Below are positions 1 through 11,899 of a DNA stretch of 64,000 nt, one piece after another. The notes below the pieces were generated by a model. That model was not told the origin of the DNA. It worked only from the letters and a program-made list of their open reading frames with translations, and made no database searches. Within the stretch, counting starts at the first letter, position 1; each line of letters begins with the position of its first letter. Source of the stretch: Schizochytrium sp. TIO01 (taxonomy: Eukaryota > Protista > Bigyra: Labyrinthulomycetes); the NCBI GenBank assembly GCA_004764695.1, contig SMSO01000014.1, forward strand, positions 6,438,029-6,502,028, in the 5' to 3' direction. Position numbers and translations under genes: made by a program.

Positions 1-1
1 T

Positions 2-1030
2 AATGTTGTACAATTTTCATGCGCGCTTGCACAACGTTTTGATGGAGAAACTGAACTGCAACCTGCTGAAGCATATACGCAGTATCGTAGTTGTGGTCGT
101 GGGCATGAAACGAAGTCAAATATCAGAAAAGTGAGAGCAAACTCGACGAGCTCATCAACGAGTGCTCATCAGCCGAAGCATGAAAATCGAGAACACTTCA
201 ACACTGAGGAGAAGTTATCCGGTTATTCTGCAGGTCCACCTACACATCTGCGAATTGATCCGCGGCCACCTATGCAGCAAGCAGGTGTCTATTCACCAGC
301 TAGCGGGGCTTTGCGCAACCGCATTCAAGAAAAACAAAAACGCTTTATACGCTCACGAATACTTACATCAGCCGCAGCAGCTCATAATCGAAAAACGCCT
401 AAGAGTCAACCTTTATTTCAAGACGATAGATCCTGGGCTCAGCAGTTGCGAAGCTCTAAACCTTCGCCCCCCACATCGCCATCTGGAGATGTTGCAGCAC
501 AGACAGGTTTGACAACTTCTGCAGCTATCTCAGCGGTGGTAGCTGCAGCAATACAAGGCTCTAGCAAAATAGGCGACTCCTGTTTTACAGCTTCAGAGCT
601 TGCAGCTATGAGCGCTTCCAATGTATCTATCTCATCATCAGCGTACTTGAAAAGCCTTGGGCGGTCACGCACTCCAACAGCGCAGGAACTAGGTCAATTG
701 CATCGGGGTGGTCATGCAAGCCCTTCTTCGTCGCTTGTAGAATCTGTTTTGCAAAAAGCATTAACACCGACATCCCTGCGAACAATGTCTGTTGATGGTG
801 GTCGTTCTTCACGAAGGCGGAGTCGCGAGCGCAGCAATTCGGATGCGGCTCTTCGTCGGCGTATGTCTCAGGCATATGGCAACTTTTACTCGCAACAGAA
901 CGCGCGCAAACAAGCTGAGCGCGCCCGGCAGATTCAAGTGAATGCTGAGAGCATGATGTCAAATTTAGGTGCCTCGTCTTTCTCGACAGCAAGCTCCATG
1001 ACTGCGCTATCGTCTGCACCTATTCACTAA
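2..1030 (+). CDS. 3' part of an unknown low-complexity Ser/Ala/Arg-rich protein, truncated by the window start
   Basis: The frame of ORF 131..1030 is open back to base 2 (NVVQFSCALAQRFDGETELQPAEAY...), and it stops at TAA 1028-1030. The sequence looks disordered, with no recognisable domain. Confidence 0.6.
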   Translation, partial: NVVQFSCALAQRFDGETELQPAEAYTQYRSCGRGHETKSNIRKVRANSTSSSTSAHQPKHENREHFNTEEKLSGYSAGPPTHLRIDPRPPMQQAGVYSPASGALRNRIQEKQKRFIRSRILTSAAAAHNRKTPKSQPLFQDDRSWAQQLRSSKPSPPTSPSGDVAAQTGLTTSAAISAVVAAAIQGSSKIGDSCFTASELAAMSASNVSISSSAYLKSLGRSRTPTAQELGQLHRGGHASPSSSLVESVLQKALTPTSLRTMSVDGGRSSRRRSRERSNSDAALRRRMSQAYGNFYSQQNARKQAERARQIQVNAESMMSNLGASSFSTASSMTALSSAPIH

Positions 1031-2080
1031 CTATTCTCGTTTTGTTTTCAAGTAGTATGACTTTGAGGAAATCAAGCGTGCTGTTTCTCTTGTTTCTCGT
1101 TTTAGATATGCTCTAATGAGTTTTTTCCTGCAAAAAAAACTGTAAAGGTATTTAATTGCAAGTGAAAGTTTCTATTTTCATGTTGTTCCATTTTTTCCAA
1201 GTCATTCTGTTCCTTGCTACTGCCGGCGATGGCAATACATGGAATTGAGAAGATTCTCATTTCCTTTTTGTCTCCCAACTGAGTCCGTTCTAATATATGT
1301 GAGAATATAGCCTTTCGATCCTTGCAAGGTAAATTTTCATGTAGCATTCCCAAGACAAACTTTACCAATAATATTCCACACAATAATAAAATGCACAGGA
1401 GACAAATCACAAGCACAATTGATTGCAAGATTTAGAATTGTATGCATGAGAGGCGGGGAAGAAGCTAGCGAAAATTAATTATCGATCTGCATTTCTTCCC
1501 CTCTTCTATCGACTGCAACTAAATATCTCTACATGATCGTGGAGCGAGCAAGCAAGCAGCCCGTTGTCGCAATAGCAGTAGATGAATGATGGAGGACGAA
1601 TATGCATATGCAGCACAGCTTGTATTTGAAGAGAAAAGAGAAGAAAGGCCGGAGGAGGGACACAAATTAAAGTAGAAGATGTAGGAAAAAAAGTAAGATG
1701 TATGTAAGTACGTAAGTGGGTAAAAGGTAGTAGGTAAAAGTAGAGGTAGAAATATTTATCGTCATCATCATCGTCGTCGTTGAGATGGTGTTTGATAATG
1801 TTGAAATCAAAGAACTTCACAATTCACCTCGAAGAGGAATTAGAAAATAATGACGGGTAAATGTGAATCAGGGGCCCGTAGTAGCGAGCTGTGCGCAGAG
1901 AGAAGAAATTAGTAGCCAAGAATGAAGATGTTATTCATTCCATGAGATATTTCACCCAATTCTGTCACAGTGACAACGCAAAGCAAAGCAGATCAGAGCA
2001 AAGAATAGCTAGCGAGAAAGACGGAGAGGTCAAGGGAAACAATCAAGGGTCCCCGTTTTGAGCTCTTCCTTCACGCGCAT

Positions 2081-2419
2081 TTATTTTTGCTGGACCTTGA
2101 TCTTCGGGAGGGTCTCGTCCGCGCGGAGGGTGGTGCTGCGGAGGACGTCCTCGTCGATGGCCAGGCGTGCCTGCAGCTCCGGAACCAGTGACGATGGCGC
2201 AATAAACTCCATGGAGAACATGTGTGACTTCGAGTGACGCTCCGCCTCGCCCTTGCCGGACAACTTGTAGGCCATTTTGCGCACGCCATTGTTGCGGACA
2301 TTGCGCACTATTGCGTCATTCTCCACCACCAGCTCTACGCACGACTTGACCACGCGGTGCAGGCCAGCAGCGCCCACGTTGGGTCGCAGAGAGCACATCA
2401 GCACGTAGACGGGGGCCAT
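2081..2419 (-). CDS. MRPS6: Mitochondrial (bacterial-type) ribosomal protein S6, bS6m
   Basis: 112 aa with the bS6 pattern: N-terminal PxY, 'IVRNVRNNGVRKMAYKL' (GxRxLAY motif) and C-terminal 'LAIDEDVLRS'. Strong GC3 codon bias. Confidence 0.85.
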   Translation of the reverse strand: MAPVYVLMCSLRPNVGAAGLHRVVKSCVELVVENDAIVRNVRNNGVRKMAYKLSGKGEAERHSKSHMFSMEFIAPSSLVPELQARLAIDEDVLRSTTLRADETLPKIKVQQK

Positions 2420-4144
2420 CGTGCTGCTTCCTCAGTCGCTTCACGCAGCTGCCTCAACCCTCTTCTCCTCGACGGCCTTGAAGCGCTTTGCTGACTCGCC
2501 CAAGAAACAGCAACAACAGCGATAGAGACAACAATAAGAAAAACAAAGCCAACAATGGCAACAAAGTCTTAAACCCTATAAACTCAGCCAATAAAGTAGA
2601 ACAAACTGTATAACCTACTGTGGACACAATAGACATTACTGACTTATCAATCAACTAATCATCAGTACTCCAACTTATCATTCTCCATCGTGAGCGACAT
2701 AGAACAGAAACAGCGACGGCATTTCGTTCGCTCATTTGGATGCGTTTAAGTGCCATTCAGAGTCCACGGCCACGCCATGAAGGCGATCGATGTTTGCGGG
2801 TGTACAGGGCATCTCGTTTCATCAGAGCAGAGCCATGGATTGACACATCTGCCCCGATTCGAGGAAAAGCTGAAGGTGAATGTTCCGCTGCTCAATTTGC
2901 TGCTGCTGCTGCTGCTATATGGTCTTACATAGGAAGGAAGGTACCTTATGTTCGGAAGTGCTGCAACGTAGGTTGAAGTGGCTTGCTTATTTATACTCAG
3001 AATACTTCACTTGAAGTTGAAGCAACAACAGCATTTTAGAGAACTCTTCACGGTCAATACCAGTGAAGAGATAGTAAAAGCGAACGCAGAATATGAGAGC
3101 CTGGGCACAGAGCCACTCGCAGCTCCGTGCAAATAGCCCACTGTATCAACCACCTTAACCCGACCATTCTGTACTTGCAGTAGTAGTGAACTAAAAGAAA
3201 TACCCCATTTAACCTAAGTGGAAACTTGGATGATCTCCAGAGACTTTAAGGCCATTGAGCATCAATATCCACCTTAATGCAGTCAGCTTTATTTAGCTTG
3301 AACCTCCTAAAAGGGAGCTGTTAAGGAGTATTGAAGGGGAAGGAGGGCTGGATAGGTCGGTAGATAGACCAATATAAGTGTTAGCATATTGGTAAAGAAG
3401 GACTAGAGGATAGGGGCATCGTATATGGTGCTATGAGAGAGAATGCGGGGAATTGTTCTGGTAAGCGAATTCTATTATCTTGACTCCGCGCCGAGGCTTG
3501 TCATATCGATCCTTTTTAATTAGCTTGGTAATATTAGTGGAGGTGTTGGTTCTTCCGCCTGAATGGAGAAGACTTCAAAGTCCTGATGGTGTTGACATGA
3601 AGGGAACCTGCTTCTTGGCTGGGTGTTTGAATGCTTAGATGTTTGCGTGGTTACACGGGTTCATTTGTAAAAACCTGTGAGGTTTTACACATTCCTGTAC
3701 ACAGTTGAGGGGTACTACATAGCCGTTCACTACTTTTCCACTTTTGTCAATGCAGGACTTTTCTTTGTTGATGGAGCGGGCTTGACTGCAGCTATGTACA
3801 TGACTACACTTTCTTTCTTTCTTTCTTCCAGACTAGGACCTTTAAGCAAGTTGAGAGTCCATGTGGGCATTTCTTTGAAAGCTAGTTAGCTGAAAATTCG
3901 TAAGTATAGTCTCCTTCGTAGAGTCCACTTTGGTCCCCTCGACGTGATAGAAAGCAAAGAACTAGGCAGCCAGTGCAGGCCTCATAGTGGACAAGCATTG
4001 GACAGTGTATGATTTATTTTGTGTGGGCTTATTATTGTGTCAAGAACTATAAAGGACTATTTCCACTGCTCAACACAGCACTCACCGCAATGCGGTGCTT
4101 TTTGCATCATCTTGCACTTGCTCAACAAACCTGAATCCCAACTA

Positions 4145-5731
4145 ATGCTTCGCGTGGCTAAAGAAACGAAACAGACTGCTAAAGTTGACTGGAGAAATGT
4201 AAATCCTAAACTCTTTGGTCTGGGGAGCCCTTGGAGTGGAAGGGTCATAGCCGAGGCTACATTAGCGCACGGATCGTTTGCAGACATGTCATATCATGTC
4301 AACACGGACTGGGTGGACACGCACAATGCAAAAGTTTGGACCAAGTGGCATATAGAGTCAAGCAGCCCTGCGACTGCGACGCCTAAACAAGATGCTGAAA
4401 GTAGCTCAGAACTAGAAACAAAAGCATGTCTCGACACATTCTCCGATGCCAGATCTCAAGATGCACATAGCTGTGTTCCACACTCTTGTCCAGATTTGAC
4501 TATGCAGATGGTCAACGAGCTCAAGCAAAAGAATTTGAAGAATACAATTCAAGCATTTCACGTAGCAAACAATGCGCAGTATTTGCCGCAAGGCTTCAGT
4601 TCATATTATTCTATCGAAAAGAAACAACATCTTTCAGAGATTAACACTGAGCTAAATAGCGTTGCGTCAAATCCAGAAGGAAAGACTCAGGTACAATCGT
4701 CAAGTCGAAATAGATCACAGCTGCAAAAGGGTTCACACAGCGAAAGGAGACTGCTAAGTCACAGCCAATTACAGGAGGAGAATATTTGGCTCCGCTCAGA
4801 GCGCAAATGGTTACAACTTGAGAATGAAAAGCTCAAATCAGAACGTAGCAAGTTGCAAAAGCTTTGGGAGAACCTTCGAGTGCAGCGGGATGAGCTGGAG
4901 TCAGAGCGGGATGCCCTTCAAGACGAACAAGCACAAATACAATCAGAGCGTGATCTCTTACGGCCTGAAAGAGACCAGCTTGTCTTTGAACGCAATCGAC
5001 TTCTCATCATGCGCAGTCGCCTTGAAACTGAGCGTACTGAGCTCATCTGTGAGCGCAACCAGCTTAAATGTGAACGGGACCAAGCAATACTTGATCGGGA
5101 TCGCCTGAACCTGGAAAAGGAACACTTGTTGGCTGAGAGGGACAAGTTCAAGCTAGAACGAAACGAGGTCCAGTTTACCTGTGAACAGTTGCGATCCAGT
5201 CAAGACCAGTCACAAAGCGTTTATGATCAACTCAAACAAGAACGTGATGCCTTTGGATCAGAGATTGCGGAACTTCGGAAACAGAAAGGTCAGATTGAGT
5301 GTATACAGCAACAATACAAGCTTGAACGAGATCAACTGGATATTGAATGCACTGAGTTGCAGTCAAACCTTGACAAACTTCAAGATCAAATGCACATCAA
5401 ATTGGAGCAACTTTGCGAGGAACGAAACCAGTTGAGGAGACAGCTTTCAGAGAAAAGTATTGAGCAAGACCAATCTCAACGCGATCTCACTAGGTTGGGG
5501 TCAGAGACGGTAAAATTGCAAAATAAAATAATAGAATTCGAAGCTGAACGCAATACTCTCTCCGGAAGATTGCACGCTCTTGAGAAAACAGATGTGCAAC
5601 CATTACAAAGTCAAGAGAAGCGCACAAGGGGGGATAGCTCTCGAAAGCTTCGGTTGCCTCGACCGGGACTTTTTTCGAGACTCTCATTTAAGCGTGATAA
5701 GCACGCCAAAGGGGCACTGGCGGGGCCTTAA
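4145..5731 (+). CDS. Long coiled-coil protein with LxxERDQ/ERNQ heptad repeats
   Basis: ORF 4019..5731 has its first ATG at 4145. About 280 aa of continuous heptads follow (LESERDA, IQSERDL, LRPERDQ, LVFERNR, LICERNQ, LKCERDQ, LLAERDK). Confidence 0.75.
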   Translation: MLRVAKETKQTAKVDWRNVNPKLFGLGSPWSGRVIAEATLAHGSFADMSYHVNTDWVDTHNAKVWTKWHIESSSPATATPKQDAESSSELETKACLDTFSDARSQDAHSCVPHSCPDLTMQMVNELKQKNLKNTIQAFHVANNAQYLPQGFSSYYSIEKKQHLSEINTELNSVASNPEGKTQVQSSSRNRSQLQKGSHSERRLLSHSQLQEENIWLRSERKWLQLENEKLKSERSKLQKLWENLRVQRDELESERDALQDEQAQIQSERDLLRPERDQLVFERNRLLIMRSRLETERTELICERNQLKCERDQAILDRDRLNLEKEHLLAERDKFKLERNEVQFTCEQLRSSQDQSQSVYDQLKQERDAFGSEIAELRKQKGQIECIQQQYKLERDQLDIECTELQSNLDKLQDQMHIKLEQLCEERNQLRRQLSEKSIEQDQSQRDLTRLGSETVKLQNKIIEFEAERNTLSGRLHALEKTDVQPLQSQEKRTRGDSSRKLRLPRPGLFSRLSFKRDKHAKGALAGP

Positions 5732-7189
5732 AAAATCTTTAAAGCAGCCCTCATATTTGGTTTTCTATCTTTAAAATGTAAAGATTATGTATTTTAACAC
5801 ATATTCGCCGCTCTTTTACTTTCTTCTGGTATTAATGCAATCATCCCTGTAAGACTTTCAGAGGATCTCCTGCTCCCAAACTCAACCATCTCCATACTTG
5901 CAATGTTACTTCGACCTAGATGACGTTCTCTAGAGTACGTTATTATTAGTTGTATAGTACATATTCATTTAGTCTTCCTGGTTGTTTTCGAGATGAGGAC
6001 CTGATTGAATTCCCTCTTTCATCTTCCCTCTTCTTGAACACTCATCTCAAGTTTTCTCATATCTTTCCCTCTAAATCTTTAAAAAAAAAAAATTAAAAAG
6101 GAAAGGTCGATTGGTAAAAGTACTCCACCATAATACTTATGAGACGTATCATACTATGCAATTGACATTAAGGGGTTTCACGCTTCTGACGCCATTCCAT
6201 CAGCTTTAACCTATGCCTAGCTTAAACCGTAGCCTTAGTTTTAAGTGGGTTATAGGTGTATGGTGAGACCTAAATCATCTCTATAACCTATTTTAGATAG
6301 CAATTCACAAGTACAATAAGGTTTTGCAAGTGGGTTATACTGTGGTTCAAACATCAACAAACTAGCCGAGGCAGTTGGTCAGGGAATCCAGAACCCACGA
6401 AAGGGCAGTCTCAGTAGATAATAGGCGTGGTACAGTAGGTTATAAGTTTATGAAAGTAGAGAATCAACGTCACAAGTGGAGTATAGTTAGGCCTTTTGTT
6501 TTGAAATAGGACCTATATTGAAGAGAGAGAGAGAGAGAGAGAGAAGAGAATCAAAGAGAGAAGTAGAGACAGAAAGAAGGTGCGGAGATTGCTGCGCGCG
6601 GGCCCAAAACACGAGAGGGACTCGAAGCCAGCCCTGTGACAGCAGAACTGTGGCACGGGTCATCTCGTGTAGCTGCAGAAAGGTTTTGCGCAGGCGGCTG
6701 GCCTGCTCTCCCGTCGATTGGCTCAGGAGGGCCCGAAAATCCCGCGCCCAGGGCGGAACTCGGCGCGAGAAATTCGTGCCACCGCGACGCGGTATCTTGC
6801 TTAAGAGCGCCGCAAAGGCGCGACGTGAGACTAGTTGAGGGATTCAACGACGAAGCTGAGGACTTCTGCGGAAAGCCTGCTTTGCGTTGTGCCTGCCAAA
6901 AAAACGAAGGTGGCGTTTTGTGGCGATATGCTTGCGTGAGAAGGTGTGGGAAGCAAGATTCTGATCAAATTTAAGATCAATTGTGGTTTTATTCAAAGCC
7001 ATCACGAAGGTTGACACCGTTTAAATTGATCTATTTTGAGGGAGCTGTGTCTGATTTGAAAAAGAGTGAAGAGTTTTTTGAACGTGTGGCGAATCCCGTG
7101 TCGTGTAGTTAGTCTTCATTGGGACCAACTCTTGGACCTTGCAAATTAGGCAGAAAGTTGTGCCATAGACAAAATCCAATAAAGGTATC

Positions 7190-10012
7190 ATGGCTCGCTC
7201 CAACGATGGCGAAATCCGTGGTAGCGGTGATGAAGATGTCGACGAGAATTATGTCGTGAGCAATGGGCACAACAAAGATCCTGAAGCACAGGAGCATAGT
7301 GACGATGCTAAAAATGAAACAAAACATCGTCACCAAATTCCGGGTGACGAGGATTCCGTAGAAGAAGATACTCGCGGCACCGACGAGTTTGATGAAGGCG
7401 AAGATGGTGACAGTTTTGTGGAGGGTGATGGTATCGTTGAAAGTGAGGAACGTGACCAAGATGATGCTGGTACGAAAGAGTTAGATGAAAAGGAAGCTTC
7501 TATGAGCGAAGATACCAAGCCTGCAGCACCAAAGGAAATCATGTATTGGGATGAGCCAATCCAGTGGAAGCCCTCAATCGCCGTGGGGCTCGCTAATCTC
7601 GGCAACACTTGCTATCTGAATTCAGTATTGCAAGCCTTGTTGCACTGTTCATCGTTGGTTGCCTTCTTTTCTCACCATTGGCCTCAGGCAGGAGCTTATA
7701 GGTACTTCGAAAAACCTACGCGAACAGAATTCACAGATCAGTTTGCGTTTCTCGTTTGCAAGGTCTGGTCTGAGGGACGTTTCAACACGAAGCTAAATAA
7801 ATTTTTAAACCCTCGCGATATTGTACGTGGAGTTATCCGCTCGGTACCAGAATTCCGCGAGAATGGTCAACAAGATGCACAAGAGGCTCTGAACTATATG
7901 ATGAATGATTTGCATGAGGAACTGGGTGTTAACATTGATGCGGCGTACCACCCAGCGCGAGATGTACTGCAACTCCTAGATAATGAGCAGAAGGCGCATA
8001 AGAGGACTCGTCGCGACGCTGTTCACCGCCGAGCAGACCAAGCACTTGGCAGCATGGAAAGCATGGGCAGTGGTAGCGTTGCTAGCTCCAACAGTGGTCG
8101 GCGTCGCAGTAAATTCAAGCCAAAGTTTAGAAGGCGGACTCGGGGACGCAATGAGCCTGGTAGTTCAAGTACATCTTCACTGCCGCCGGTTTTCCCACCG
8201 GTACTGACTCAGGAGCTTGACATGGAGGATGACATGGCTGAGGACCTTGACAAGCCAACATTTCGCCAGCTAGAAGCTCCGTATAAACAGAGTGTCATTA
8301 GCGACACTTTTCTGACGCTTCTTGTGCAACGAGTCACGTGCAAACAATGTGGGTATACCTCTTTGTCTATGGAAGAATATCTGGAACTCTCCTTGGCGCT
8401 GCCTTCTAAGTCATTCGTGAAGGAGATGAGGCGCGACATGGCAGAAACAGAGGATTCTGAAAATCCCGCTCGGTCGCGAAGCACGTCAGGCTCCTCTGGC
8501 ATTTCCAATACAGGCTCGAACGGTGGTATGTGGGGCATGTGGAAAAATGTCAAGGCCATGATTGGCATGGAATCACAAACGCTTACTTTACGTGAGTGTT
8601 TACAAGCTTTTTTTGCGCCAGAGCAGTTGCATGGTGCTGAACAATACTTTTGCGAAAAGTGCCGTGCCAAGCAAGATGCGGAGAAGTCGCATTCCTTCGC
8701 ACATCTGCCTGAAGTACTTTGTTTGAACCTGAAGCGCTTTAATCGCACGTCTCTTGCCTGGACTATGAACAGTACAAAGAATATGACTCCAGTATCTTAT
8801 CCTGTACGTAACTTGGATCTTTCTGAGTTCTTTTATAATAAGTATGGGCCTGGGACACCCGGAACACCTGGAACACCCGGAACACCACCAACGCCGGATT
8901 CAAGTGCTGGTTCGGTGGATGGCGTACAGGGTGATTTGAGTGATTGCTCATATGATTTGATTGCAGTGGTGAGACACATGGGTGGCATGAATGGGGGTCA
9001 TTATACATCTGTATGCAAAAACCCTGAAAACAACTTGTGGTACGAGTATGATGATGACCAGGTGCGTGAAGTCCCCGAGTCCGCCGTGCAGAGCCAGGAT
9101 GCATATCTATTATTTTATAGGAAACATCGTTCAACGATATCTGAGGAAAGTTACAGCGAGCTGAAAGACGCTCTTTTGCGACCTAGTGAGGATCACCCTT
9201 ACTTTATTTCTCAGTACTGGACGTTGAAGTGGGCAACACTTGGCCGTCCTGGTGTCTGTGGCACTTTTGATTCAAGCTGTGTACACGGGGAGGTTCTTCC
9301 ATTAGTTTCTCCCGAACTTCATGATCGAGTTTTTCGTGTATCTTCGGAAGTGTGGAATACTATTGACCGTTTGTACGGTTGCGCGCCATCCCTCCAAACA
9401 CCACGCGAGTGCAGTACATGTGTTGATGAGCGAGTGACACTTCAAGAGCGCCGTGATGATGAGAAGCAAGCTATCCACGAACTCAAGGACGCAGGCGAGA
9501 TGTCTTATATTCTTAACAACAACTGGGCCAAGGACTGGCAGCGTTTTGTTAAGAATAGCCCTCAGGATGGCCGTGGAACCTTTGGTGGTGTACCTCCGCC
9601 GGGTCCGATTAATAATGAGCAGTTATTTGTGGACCCACAGCGATCCACTGCATCGTCTCCAAAACAAGAGGGGCAACTATGGACACCTCGAAAAAATTTG
9701 CGCCGTGGTGTTCATTTCATTGTGATTAACCGTGGCACTTGGATTTATTTGCTGCGGCGATATGGTGGTGGACCCACGGTAATTTCAGCCTCTCAGGATA
9801 TCTATGAGCTGGACCAGGAACCTTTTGAGGGTTCTCTTGGACAGGAGGAGGGAGCATCAGATGAAAAAGAGGAAGGAGTAGTAGCAGAAGAAGAAGAAGT
9901 CAAAGGGTGCACCGTTTCAGATGATCACTTGAAAAAAAGTACTGGGGAAGCTAGCGATGGACACGCAGCCACAACAGACGAGGATGTTGAGGCTGTGGTG
10001 CGCGAGGCTTAG
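7190..10012 (+). CDS. Ubiquitin carboxyl-terminal hydrolase, USP20/USP33-like (peptidase C19 plus two C-terminal DUSP domains)
   Basis: Cys box GLANLGNTCYLNSVLQAL, QQDAQE, Zn-ribbon CKQC/CEKC, LPEVLCLNLKRF and His box HMGGMNGGHYT...WYEYDD...AYLLFYRK. DUSP-like segments follow (YFISQYWTLKW...; PPPGPINNEQL...WIYLLRRYGGGP). The N-terminus is acidic. Confidence 0.93.
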   Translation: MARSNDGEIRGSGDEDVDENYVVSNGHNKDPEAQEHSDDAKNETKHRHQIPGDEDSVEEDTRGTDEFDEGEDGDSFVEGDGIVESEERDQDDAGTKELDEKEASMSEDTKPAAPKEIMYWDEPIQWKPSIAVGLANLGNTCYLNSVLQALLHCSSLVAFFSHHWPQAGAYRYFEKPTRTEFTDQFAFLVCKVWSEGRFNTKLNKFLNPRDIVRGVIRSVPEFRENGQQDAQEALNYMMNDLHEELGVNIDAAYHPARDVLQLLDNEQKAHKRTRRDAVHRRADQALGSMESMGSGSVASSNSGRRRSKFKPKFRRRTRGRNEPGSSSTSSLPPVFPPVLTQELDMEDDMAEDLDKPTFRQLEAPYKQSVISDTFLTLLVQRVTCKQCGYTSLSMEEYLELSLALPSKSFVKEMRRDMAETEDSENPARSRSTSGSSGISNTGSNGGMWGMWKNVKAMIGMESQTLTLRECLQAFFAPEQLHGAEQYFCEKCRAKQDAEKSHSFAHLPEVLCLNLKRFNRTSLAWTMNSTKNMTPVSYPVRNLDLSEFFYNKYGPGTPGTPGTPGTPPTPDSSAGSVDGVQGDLSDCSYDLIAVVRHMGGMNGGHYTSVCKNPENNLWYEYDDDQVREVPESAVQSQDAYLLFYRKHRSTISEESYSELKDALLRPSEDHPYFISQYWTLKWATLGRPGVCGTFDSSCVHGEVLPLVSPELHDRVFRVSSEVWNTIDRLYGCAPSLQTPRECSTCVDERVTLQERRDDEKQAIHELKDAGEMSYILNNNWAKDWQRFVKNSPQDGRGTFGGVPPPGPINNEQLFVDPQRSTASSPKQEGQLWTPRKNLRRGVHFIVINRGTWIYLLRRYGGGPTVISASQDIYELDQEPFEGSLGQEEGASDEKEEGVVAEEEEVKGCTVSDDHLKKSTGEASDGHAATTDEDVEAVVREA

Positions 10013-11899
10013 TTGAACATTTCTAGGCGCAACTATAAAATAAGACTACGAAATACTGTAGGGAAACTAGAAAAGGATACATTTGCGGGAGGAATCAAAT
10101 AATTGTAGGGCCTGTGATTCTGTGTAGCAGTATTAAAAAAAAAAAAAAAAACGAAAACTCCTTTCAAATTTACGATTATTGTTGTCACTCTAGAACGCAC
10201 GTAGGTTCTTATTATTCTACCCTTAAGGGTTACACGAGCTACGTGAACAAGTTCCCTCTTGTATCAGTGAATTTTGATACGAAAACACAAACCGCTTAAG
10301 TCTTCTTCCTCAGAGACATTTCTTTCTTTAAGTTCATACATTGTAGGGCCAGTACCTACTGGTATCACTAAATTTATTCTCTTATAAAGGAAGTGCTACT
10401 TCTTGACCTTCTCTCACTCACAGGTTTTCCCTCTGTAAGTCATGCCCACGAAACGTTTCTATTTGTGAAAATGCGAATTGCATTAACGTTAATCGTGAGA
10501 CTGCGAAAAGATGAGCTTCATGACCTTGTTTTTCAAAACCAAAGGAATGCCTTGGATCTTGGTTGTGATGATCGACTTCATTGGGTGCCAGCATGTTATT
10601 TCTATTGTACGACCTAGTTAGTCCCACATTCACTATCAAATCGTAAAGTGGTTGTTTTTGTTTTTGTTCGTTTTGAAGTCTAGTATCAAAGAAAACTAAG
10701 ATAGATAGATATTTTTGCCCTGTCAAATAAAGCATAAACAAAATGAATAAACAAAGAAATAAATTAAGGAATTATTATTATTATTATTATTATTATCATA
10801 AAAGTAAAATAGAATCATTTAAATACATCTAAAAGTAATACCGCCGTTGCTAGGGTCATGAGTAAGTTTAAACCTTTAAAGTTTTTAGTTTTTGGTTTTG
10901 GTTTAAAAATATTATATTAAAAACAACTAAAAAGGAAAGAGTAAACAAACTTATTAATCAAATGAGAGTGAATAAATACTCTTTTGGGTAGTTTTAAAGG
11001 GTCAGTCAGTCGGAAAGAAGGCAGGGAAAGAAAAAGCAAGGAAAGTCTCGGAACTCGAGAGAAAATGTGAAGAATGGAAAGGAAGTTTGGTGCCAGCTCA
11101 TCGCCCATTCACTGTTGTAGTCGCCAGGAAGGGAAATGAACGCTTGCAACTTGCTCCAAAGATACCTCTCTCAAGACAGCCAACCAAATTGGTTTCCCTC
11201 AAGCTCAACGGCTTCCGCGAATCAAGCAAGGGCTCCAAGGATCTCCAGCCAGGCGTCGCAGAGGAATGGGTAACCGTGTGATTTTATATTTTACATAAAC
11301 AGAAACAACCGTATAAGTTTGCTTGCAGTCAAGATCTTGGAACATCAGGCAATCGAATGGCGATGTTTCATGCTCGAAAGGTCCTTGCAATGCAATGGAT
11401 ATGTCATCAATTTACAATACATGCAATGCGGGCGATGACGATTATCGTCATGAGCGAATTGCAAAGTCGCGAAAAGAATGAAAAACCTAAAAGGTTCCCC
11501 ATTCTTCGAGACCTGTGTCGCCAATTTTTAGATTGTACAAGGAAAAAGGTAAAATGTAAACAGAAAAGCAAGCAGGCAAGAACAGTTAGATAGTTAGTTA
11601 GTTAGTTAGTTAGTTTTAAATGAAAGTTGAAATTTGGAAGCCCCCTAAAAAGTATCGCTCTCAGAAAATCGGTTTCGAATAATAGCAAACCACTCGAGTT
11701 GGCAATTGTGCTTACGTGATTTTACATTACGCGACTTACGATATTTGATTTTGATTTTGATCAACCTCAACAGAGAAGAGCAGCGGCACCGCTGTGTAAA
11801 AAACAAACCAGCCGAGGCGTCTCCGTGACTCCAATAGGGACAGATAGTCTTGGGATTCCGAGTTGTCGCCAAAGAATAATTCAACGCAGATCTTCAGTT

